A DNA stretch of 12,294 nucleotides, taken from contig JAWAJB010000029.1 of assembly GCA_038888155.1 (NCBI GenBank), positions 1 through 12,294 of the forward strand, written 5' to 3'. The DNA is from Desulfurococcaceae archaeon (GTDB lineage: Archaea > Thermoproteota > Thermoprotei_A > Sulfolobales > Desulfurococcaceae). This document shows positions 1-6,020 of the stretch, piece after piece. The notes beneath the pieces were generated by a model, which did no database searches, was not told where the DNA came from, and saw nothing but the letters and a program-made list of their open reading frames with translations. Positions within the stretch are counted from its first letter, which is position 1. Every line of letters starts with the position of its first letter. The position numbers and the translations under genes are program-made.

Positions 1-1
1 A

Positions 2-358
2 AAGGAAATCGGTTTCATCGAAGAGGCATCGGAGCACCCCAAGAAGTTTAAAGTCGAAATTTACTATAGGTTAACGCTACCATACATATTGTTCAGCGAG
101 CTGTCCTCTCTGAGGGAACGCTTATCTACGCAGATAGATGTCCTTAAAAAGCACGTAGCTGGCCTAATCGACGAAATAGGGGGTATTCTAGCAGAGAGAT
201 CTGAGCTCAAGTGCCTGGAGACCGTGCCGGAACATCTCAGGAAAAAGGTGCTACGTAACCTCTCACTGGCGTTGGTAGTACAGGCCTCAGTCATTATTCT
301 AAGGGAGCTCGCTGGGGAGTCTTTTGTTTACGCTTTAATCAACGACTTGGAGGACTAG
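2..358 (+). CDS. Partial (5'-truncated) probable winged helix-turn-helix transcriptional regulator, ArsR-like
   Basis: The frame of ORF 89..358 is open back to position 2: KEIGFIEEASEHPKKFKVEIYYRLTLPYILFSEL... The 'ExGxI...YYRLT' pattern resembles the end of the recognition helix plus wing of ArsR-like wHTH proteins, followed by a helical C-terminus. Stop TAG 356-358, convergent with the DHS-like gene. Confidence 0.55.
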   Translation, partial: KEIGFIEEASEHPKKFKVEIYYRLTLPYILFSELSSLRERLSTQIDVLKKHVAGLIDEIGGILAERSELKCLETVPEHLRKKVLRNLSLALVVQASVIILRELAGESFVYALINDLED

Positions 359-370
359 CAGCGAGCTGTT

Positions 371-1411
371 CTACTGCTTAATCACCTGCATCACGTTCTG
401 CGCTTTTACCCGCTTCACGTTCCCCGCCTTTAGTCCGTGCGCTATTAGTGCCAGCGCTATCGTCGCGTCAACGTGCACCATCTTCTTCTTCGCTAGTGGT
501 GATACCTTGCCCCAGCTCACCGCCTCTTCTAGTGTTGCCCCGCTTAAACCACCCCATTGCGGCATATCCGTTGTGAATTGCACTATGTACTCGAATCCCT
601 TATAGTAGTCTTGTACTCTGTCCTCGTACTCTGCTATTAGCGTCTGTGCTACCGTTACGAGGTTGACGTAGTCCTTGGGTACGCCTCCACCAACGTATAT
701 CGCGGACAGCTTCTTACTGCGTCTTCCGATCTCCACTAGCTGGTGGAAGTCCTTCACCATGTCCAGCACTACTCTCTTGCCCTTCCTGTACGCTAGTAGA
801 AGCGCCATGCCGTAAGCGCTATCTACGAGCGCCGGCGAGAATACAGGTACCTCCGCCCTGTACGCTGCGGCCACTATGCTGTCAACGCCCTTTTCAGTGA
901 GGTACTTGCCGAACTCGTGAAGGAACTCAGCCGTCGAGTACACGCCGTCTGGTAGTGTCTCCACGAAGTCCTTTATTAGCAGCTCCATTCTCCTGTAGTC
1001 CACTTCGCTCGCGACTGTGTCGTAGAATCGGTCATACTTGAGTTTTAACAGCATCTCATCATCTATGCATGGGTGTACTTTGTAGTACTTGAAGCCCATC
1101 GCTTCGTACACGTCTTCGCTTATGATAGCGCCCGTGGACACTACCACGTCTACGTACCTTTCCTCGATGAGCCACCTGATGATCTTCCACATTCCGGCCG
1201 TGCTCATCGAACCTGCTAATCCGAGGAAAATTGTGCTGTCGGGGTCTTTGAACATCTCTATTAGTACCTTGTAGGCTTCACCGAGAGCGCGCCCTTGAAA
1301 AGAACAGTTAGACATCTCTAGTAGTAGCTCGTGCACGCTCCGATCCTTCACTTCGAGGGCCCTTACTACGCCATACGCGAAGTGGGGCATTTCACCTCTC
1401 AAGGTTAACAC
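371..1411 (-). CDS. Deoxyhypusine synthase family protein (DHS-like / homospermidine-synthase-like clade)
   Basis: Motifs GLAGSMSTAG, VVSTGA, PVFSPALVDS, YVGGGVPK and GGLSGATLEEAVSWGK (contains the catalytic Lys of the EAVSWGK motif). GTG at 1411 lies 24 nt below a TTTAAATA box; an alternative start is ATG 1390, preceded by GAGGTGA. Confidence 0.93.
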   Translation of the reverse strand: MLTLRGEMPHFAYGVVRALEVKDRSVHELLLEMSNCSFQGRALGEAYKVLIEMFKDPDSTIFLGLAGSMSTAGMWKIIRWLIEERYVDVVVSTGAIISEDVYEAMGFKYYKVHPCIDDEMLLKLKYDRFYDTVASEVDYRRMELLIKDFVETLPDGVYSTAEFLHEFGKYLTEKGVDSIVAAAYRAEVPVFSPALVDSAYGMALLLAYRKGKRVVLDMVKDFHQLVEIGRRSKKLSAIYVGGGVPKDYVNLVTVAQTLIAEYEDRVQDYYKGFEYIVQFTTDMPQWGGLSGATLEEAVSWGKVSPLAKKKMVHVDATIALALIAHGLKAGNVKRVKAQNVMQVIKQ

Positions 1412-1434
1412 CCTTGTTAACTAGGAGAGCTGGG

Positions 1435-1442
1435 TATTTAAA
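1435..1442 (-). promoter_or_regulatory. TATA box of DHS-like gene
   Basis: TTTAAATA on the minus strand, 24 nt upstream of the GTG at 1411: canonical spacing for a leaderless archaeal transcript. Confidence 0.7.
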
Positions 1443-1458
1443 GTGGAGTGCTAGGGAG

Positions 1459-1569
1459 TGCCGCCGCCGGGATTTGAACCCGGGGCAACCGGATCTCTCC
1501 TAGGCCGACTCCGCACGCACTCGTAAGCCCGTATGAGTCCGGCGCTCTGCCAGGCTGAGCTACGGCGGC
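1459..1569 (-). tRNA. tRNA-Met(CAT), elongator type, with 37-nt intron at canonical position 37/38
   Basis: Minus strand reads GCCGCCG TA GCTC AGCCTGGCA GAGC G CCGGA CT CAT A [intron] A TCCGG TTGC CCCGGG TTCAAAT CCCGG CGGCGGC A. Acceptor, D, anticodon and T arms all pair; anticodon at 1535-1533. G1:C72 and no GGG/CCC anticodon stem argue against the initiator. CCA not encoded. Mature length 74 nt. Confidence 0.95.
1495..1531 (-). other. tRNA intron (37 nt)
   Basis: CGGGCTTACG...GGCCTAGGAGAG interrupts the anticodon loop after A37; removing it restores the 7-nt loop CTCATAA. Flanks form a relaxed bulge-helix-bulge/loop motif. Confidence 0.88.
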
Positions 1570-1596
1570 GCCCCCATTCTATGTATAATGAGTTTC

Positions 1597-1604
1597 CTTA
1601 TAAA
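1597..1604 (-). promoter_or_regulatory. TATA box of tRNA-Met gene
   Basis: TTTATAAG on the minus strand about 28 nt upstream of tRNA G1 (1569), implying a few-nt 5' leader. Confidence 0.65.
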
Positions 1605-1609
1605 TGCTG

Positions 1610-2191
1610 TCATCTACGGGGCGCCGCGAACTCCGCTATTACTAGCCCCCTCGTGAACTCCACTCTTCCAATCTGCGTGTCGAGCCCCTCTAGGATACCC
1701 CTTATGAACTCCGCCAGGTAGGCCGTGTCCTCTTCGTTAAGTGCTGGCGATACGCAGCGTAGCTTATAGAAGTCTCCCCCATCGCTGACCTCCACCTCGC
1801 TCAGATCCCACCTGGATACTTCAAGGAGTGCCTTGAGGGTCTTGACGGGGCTTCCCGACGTTTCCCGTAGGTACATTCCATAGGCCTTACCGGCCTCGCG
1901 CCACCTCTTTAGCTTTTCTTCCCGCGTAGTACACGTGTAGCTCTCGAAGCACTCCAGTACCGGTTTGGGCGTGAAAACCCCTCCAAGGGCCTTGAGGTAC
2001 TTGAACGCCTTCAGCGTTTCCAGCGCTTCTTCGAAGCTGTAACCCAGCTCGTTTACTTTTAGAAAGTGGCTTATAGAGTACTCTACTAGCTTGCTGATGG
2101 GTGTACCGCTTCTCCTGGCTACTTCGATGAGCCTGTCTACGAGGCTTTTGGGAACGTATACTAGCTTCTTTTCCTCTCTCTCACCGCTCAC
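1610..2191 (-). CDS. Ribbon-helix-helix + V4R/H-NOX-like domain protein (paralogue B)
   Basis: N-terminal KKLVYVPKSLVDRLIEVARRSGTPISKLVEYSISHFL fits the RHH/CopG pattern. C-terminal WREAGKAYG...FIRGILEGL followed by beta strands resembles V4R-fold proteins. GTG start overlaps the upstream stop (GTGA, 2191-2188) and is preceded by GGTGG. Confidence 0.7.
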   Translation of the reverse strand: MSGEREEKKLVYVPKSLVDRLIEVARRSGTPISKLVEYSISHFLKVNELGYSFEEALETLKAFKYLKALGGVFTPKPVLECFESYTCTTREEKLKRWREAGKAYGMYLRETSGSPVKTLKALLEVSRWDLSEVEVSDGGDFYKLRCVSPALNEEDTAYLAEFIRGILEGLDTQIGRVEFTRGLVIAEFAAPRR

Positions 2192-2784
2192 TTTACCACC
2201 TTCTTCTCGAAGACGACCTTAACGACGCCAGCCGCTTCAACCGTTCCCGCAAAGGAGTACTCGAACTCTTCAAGAGCTCCTTTAAGCATCTCCACCACCA
2301 GCTTCGCGAGGTTGCCCGTTAGCTCGGGCCCTGCGATGACCAGGTCTAGGTGGTTATCGCTAACGTGCACTAATACCTCGCCAAGCCAGCTGAAGGCGCT
2401 TTCGAGGTCTTTTACTAGCGTGTTTAAGGGGTCTTTCACGTCGAGACTCCTGTAGTACTTGCCTAGTCTCGCACCTACGCTAAGCCACCTGCCCGCGTGG
2501 CTTTCAGCACCTTTCTCGTACACTTCCCTCACGGCGTGGTCCCAGAGCTCTCTGGGTACCAGTACGTATCCTGCCCGGCGCACTCTGTCGTAGAAGAGTA
2601 GTTTTTCGAGCACGCTTTGAATGTTCACGCCCAGTTCTTCGAGCTTAATGTACGATTCAAAGACGTCGTTTACTAGGCTGTAGAGGCTCGTGCCCTTTTC
2701 ATTGGCAATGGCCATTAACCGGTCCACTAGATCGCGCCTAGCAAAAAGCGACTTCCTCTCGTTGATGACCGGCAAGTAAAGCAC
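2188..2784 (-). CDS. Ribbon-helix-helix + V4R/H-NOX-like domain protein (paralogue A)
   Basis: RKSLFARRDLVDRLMAIANEKGTSLYSLVNDVFESYI (RHH); GYVLVP, WLSVGARLG and MLKGALEEF align colinearly with paralogue B (GGVFTP, WREAGKAYG, FIRGILEGL). TATA box ~26 nt upstream of the GTG. Confidence 0.7.
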   Translation of the reverse strand: MLYLPVINERKSLFARRDLVDRLMAIANEKGTSLYSLVNDVFESYIKLEELGVNIQSVLEKLLFYDRVRRAGYVLVPRELWDHAVREVYEKGAESHAGRWLSVGARLGKYYRSLDVKDPLNTLVKDLESAFSWLGEVLVHVSDNHLDLVIAGPELTGNLAKLVVEMLKGALEEFEYSFAGTVEAAGVVKVVFEKKVVK

Positions 2785-2809
2785 CCAGGTATTAGTAGTA
2801 GTGATCTAG

Positions 2810-2816
2810 TATATAA
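2810..2816 (-). promoter_or_regulatory. TATA box of the RHH-V4R-like gene pair
   Basis: TTATATA on the minus strand, 26 nt upstream of the GTG at 2784. Confidence 0.65.
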
Positions 2817-2892
2817 GCGTGTTAGGGTAGCGCAGGCCATTTTATTCAGCTAGTTTTAGGTAAGTGCAAGGAGCTAGGAGTATGTGTATTTT

Positions 2893-2910
2893 AAAAAGAG
2901 AGAAGAAAAA
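2893..2910 (-). terminator. Oligo-pyrimidine terminator of the surface protein gene
   Basis: TTTTTCTTCTCTCTTTTT on the minus strand, starting ~22 nt after the stop at 2933; typical archaeal U-rich terminator. Confidence 0.7.
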
Positions 2911-2932
2911 GTACGTGGTTTGTCTTCAAGGC

Positions 2933-5842
2933 CTACCCGGCTATTTTCCTGCGTACCGTTATTACCGTAAACGCCGCTAGCGCCGCCGAGATTATCGAGA
3001 ACACTACTGCAACCCATATGGCAGCTGATAGTCCCGGTAGAGTGCCCGTTGCATCTTTAACCGCCGACACGTCGCCCTTCACAGCCGCTACGTCTGTTTG
3101 TATGGTCGGTACTCTGCCCTTGACGTCGCTCACGTCGGCCTTGATCGTGCCAACGTCGGTCTTAATGGTTGCCACGTTGCCGTCAATCCTCTCCACCACG
3201 CCCGTAAGCTCTCCCACAGCTGTCTGTATTTTTGCAACCCCGTCCTTGATGTCCGTTACAACGGGCTTAATTGCCGACACGTCAGCCTTGATATCGCCTA
3301 CCGCGGTCTTGATCGTTACGACGTCGCCGCTTATGCTCGTTATTGTCGGCTTAATGGCCGATAAGTCCGCCTTAATGTCTCCCACATCAGTCTTGATGGT
3401 CGCTATAGTGCCGTTAATAGCTGTTAACACAGCGTTACCTGACTCAACAAGGCTTCTAATGGTGGTGACGCTCGCTTCAACCGCGCCAACTCTCGTTAGT
3501 AGGGTTGCCACGTTACCTCTAATTTCAGTTATCACGGGTTCCAGCGCGGTGATTCTGGCTCTGATGTCACCTACAGTTGTCTTTATCTCGGCCACGTCGC
3601 CTCTAATAGCTGTTAACACAGCGTTACCTGACTCAATTAAGTTCTTGATGTCATCTACCTTAGCTTCGATCGTGCCGATCTTCGTTAGTAGGGTTGCCAC
3701 GTTACCTCTAATTTCAGTTATCACGGGTTCTAGAGCTGATAGTTTAGCCTTGATCTCGCCTACGTCGCTCTTAACCACTACGAGGTCGCCGATTATCGTG
3801 TCGACTTTTCCGGCTAGTACGTCTATTTTGAGTACGCTTTCACATATGGTGTCCCCAGTACATACTACTCTGAAGGTTATGTAGTCGCGGAGTACCCTGT
3901 TACCAACACCCGTTGCCGGCGCCGTGTTTTCGTAAAGTGCAACGGCGTGCACTCCTGGCCTGAAGCCGGCTGCAAATAGGGTTATGCTGATACGCCCGCA
4001 CGAATCACACCTGAGGTCTGGGAACAGTAGCTGGTTGTCAACGGCAAACGTGTAAGTCGTGTCATCGTCTAAGCCCGTACCCGTAACGGATACTGCCCTA
4101 CCATCACCTGGGAACTCCGCGGGAGTGACCGCTAGTTTCGGCAGTACCCTGAAGTACGCGTAGGATATCGTTGGAGTGCCTGTGCAGTTCCAGTAATTGG
4201 CGCATGCCACTATGAGGCGCAGTCCACCGGCATCAAAGGGTACAGTGAAGGTCACCGTTACATTGAACCGGCCGTCCGGCCCCGTTGTGCCGTTAGCTAC
4301 ATTAACATAAAGCCCAGACACATACGCATATCCTGGTATTGAAATTGCCGGCTTTCCAACAATGCCCGGTGTGAGGGGACACTCGTATTCCCACCATATA
4401 CCAACGAGTGTGTTTGCCGGGAACCCGTACACTCTAACCTCTACTGTGTCGCCTATCCTGCCGGAGGTCGGTATTACTATCATCGTCGGATTCACGTATA
4501 TGTTAAACGTGTAGTACACTCCGGCGTTTTCGGCCCTAACAGTGTGTATTCCTACTGATAGCTCGGGTACCGTTAGTGTCGCATTAAAGAACCCTGTGGC
4601 ATTTACGGTGGCTTCGCCTATTAGGGTAGTACCGATGTAGAACTTCACCTTGTCAGCCGGGTTCCACCAGGAGCCAGCTACGACGATTGTATCAAATACG
4701 TACACGTTCACAGTTAGTGACGCATTACCGGAGCCCTGCATTAGGCTTACAAATCGTTGCGCTACATCGCCGTAAGTCACTGATCTTAGCTCTACGAAGG
4801 CCCTCGCGTACTCTCTGTAAGAGACAGTGCCGACAGTGCCCCAGGCGGATATGTTGTAGAGGACGGTGATATCCAGATCAGCGTAGGGAACACTGGTGTT
4901 AGTGCCCACCCAGTTCATTAGCAGGTCTATTACTCTGAACGTGTAAGTGAACCTGCCCTGCGCGTCAGTCCACACCTGGCCTACTAGTACATTTGTCACG
5001 TTTTCGGGAGGTATACCAGTTGCCCCCGTGTACGTTACACCGGTATACGTTATGTTTACTAGCGCGTTTGGCCTTAGAGCTACACCTCTAATAGTCACTA
5101 ACGCGCCGCCAGGACCTGACTTGGGCGTTATGTCTATGGAGCCCAGTATGTCTACCGTTTGCTGCGTTACGGCTACGGCGGTTGCAGTGCCATCAAACAC
5201 CTTGATATACCTGTACTCTACTGTGATGTCGAAGGGTATTGGGCCTACCACTACAACTGCGTTCTGGTACGTTGCGCCTGCAACGGGGTCTGTGAGCGGC
5301 CCTGTCACGATGCCTATGTGGAACATTCCTTCACCGCCCTTGAGTACGGGGTTTCTAATAGTCTTGTTTGCTAGTGGCGAGAACAGCTCGGTCAGGTAAA
5401 ACGGCCTAGCATACATGATGTCATCTGGGCTTAGTGCTGAGTAACCGTCTTTACTGATGTAGAGGTCGAACTGCGCGCCGTCGAATGACACGAAGCGTTG
5501 CTCTGTGGGTTGATATAGGTCTAAGACGAACACTATTGCAAAGTACCAGTAGTAGCCCGTAGCGGGTGTGAGGACGTCTTCTCTACCGTCTACCTTTTCA
5601 ACGAACATCTCTCCGGCTCTGACCGACACGTTAGAGCTTGCGATTATTATTTGATCACAAGATTGTATTACTCCAGTGCTGGGATCGGGCTGGCAGTGGA
5701 GTGCCGCTAACCTGGGGTTTCCTCGTGCAGCGTACACTACTGGCATGTTTACTAGTAGCGGTGTTACGGCTACGAGCAGTGAGAGGGCTACGAGCACTAG
5801 TAGGGGTATTGAGGTTACCTTATGGAATACTTCCCTATTCAT
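2933..5842 (-). CDS. Membrane-anchored stalked surface (S-layer) glycoprotein, tetrabrachion/SlaB-like architecture
   Basis: Signal peptide (LLVLVALSLLVAV...VYA); ~630 aa beta-rich region with Ig-like repeats (ITPKSGPGGALVTIRG, VIPTSGRIGDTVEVRVYG, VTPAEFPGDGRAVSVTGTG); 13 N-X-S/T sequons by my count; ~265 aa heptad-periodic stalk (aa ~670-935); C-terminal TM helix plus RRK. Strong SD and its own promoter and terminator. Confidence 0.82.
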   Translation of the reverse strand: MNREVFHKVTSIPLLVLVALSLLVAVTPLLVNMPVVYAARGNPRLAALHCQPDPSTGVIQSCDQIIIASSNVSVRAGEMFVEKVDGREDVLTPATGYYWYFAIVFVLDLYQPTEQRFVSFDGAQFDLYISKDGYSALSPDDIMYARPFYLTELFSPLANKTIRNPVLKGGEGMFHIGIVTGPLTDPVAGATYQNAVVVVGPIPFDITVEYRYIKVFDGTATAVAVTQQTVDILGSIDITPKSGPGGALVTIRGVALRPNALVNITYTGVTYTGATGIPPENVTNVLVGQVWTDAQGRFTYTFRVIDLLMNWVGTNTSVPYADLDITVLYNISAWGTVGTVSYREYARAFVELRSVTYGDVAQRFVSLMQGSGNASLTVNVYVFDTIVVAGSWWNPADKVKFYIGTTLIGEATVNATGFFNATLTVPELSVGIHTVRAENAGVYYTFNIYVNPTMIVIPTSGRIGDTVEVRVYGFPANTLVGIWWEYECPLTPGIVGKPAISIPGYAYVSGLYVNVANGTTGPDGRFNVTVTFTVPFDAGGLRLIVACANYWNCTGTPTISYAYFRVLPKLAVTPAEFPGDGRAVSVTGTGLDDDTTYTFAVDNQLLFPDLRCDSCGRISITLFAAGFRPGVHAVALYENTAPATGVGNRVLRDYITFRVVCTGDTICESVLKIDVLAGKVDTIIGDLVVVKSDVGEIKAKLSALEPVITEIRGNVATLLTKIGTIEAKVDDIKNLIESGNAVLTAIRGDVAEIKTTVGDIRARITALEPVITEIRGNVATLLTRVGAVEASVTTIRSLVESGNAVLTAINGTIATIKTDVGDIKADLSAIKPTITSISGDVVTIKTAVGDIKADVSAIKPVVTDIKDGVAKIQTAVGELTGVVERIDGNVATIKTDVGTIKADVSDVKGRVPTIQTDVAAVKGDVSAVKDATGTLPGLSAAIWVAVVFSIISAALAAFTVITVRRKIAG
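3415..3730. repeat. 189-bp (63-codon) internal tandem duplication in the stalk-coding region
   Basis: 3415-3447 is identical to 3604-3636 (33 bp) and 3493-3541 is identical to 3682-3730 (49 bp), both at offset 189. Protein repeat: ALEPVITEIRGNVATLLT...ESGNAVLTAI. Confidence 0.92.
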
Positions 5843-5847
5843 GGATA

Positions 5848-5889
5848 CACCTCACTCGAAAAATACGTATAGCGAGCTTAGTATTTAAA
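5848..5889 (-). promoter_or_regulatory. Promoter (TATA) and Shine-Dalgarno site of the surface protein gene
   Basis: TTTAAATA at 5889-5882; GTGAGGTG at 5855-5848, 5 nt before the ATG at 5842. Confidence 0.75.
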
Positions 5890-5992
5890 CCCCATGTCTA
5901 CACCTTCTTGGCACACTCCTAGATCTGTATACAATGAGCGGCCCGGCGGCTGCCTCCAGTAGCGCAGAGGGGTTGGAGGAACAGTGGGGTTT

Positions 5993-5998
5993 AAAAAA
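5993..5998 (-). terminator. Probable T6 terminator of the S8 protease gene
   Basis: TTTTTT on the minus strand ~22 nt after the stop at 6021. Confidence 0.55.
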
Positions 5999-6020
5999 GC
6001 TTGGTGACGTGTAGGCTTTC

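Noticed and set aside
1440-1610. tRNA as an integration site for a provirus or island
   Set aside because: No duplicated tRNA fragment (att site) and no integrase in the window.
1533-1721. 62-aa plus-strand ORF
   Set aside because: Its ATG is the reverse complement of the tRNA anticodon; it overlaps the tRNA and RHH paralogue B.
3040-3840. Methyl-accepting chemotaxis protein or phage tail-fibre interpretation of the heptad region
   Set aside because: No MCP hairpin signature; topology (signal peptide, glycosylated head, C-terminal TM) places it outside the cell; no viral or chemotaxis genes nearby.
3018-3884. 288-aa plus-strand ORF with repetitive sequence
   Set aside because: Exact antisense shadow of the stalk region; its repeats mirror the minus-strand codons and it has no promoter or recognisable motifs.
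4947-5399. 150-aa plus-strand ORF, and the other short ORFs nested in or antisense to the large genes
   Set aside because: Overlap well-supported CDSs; composition is typical of shadow frames.
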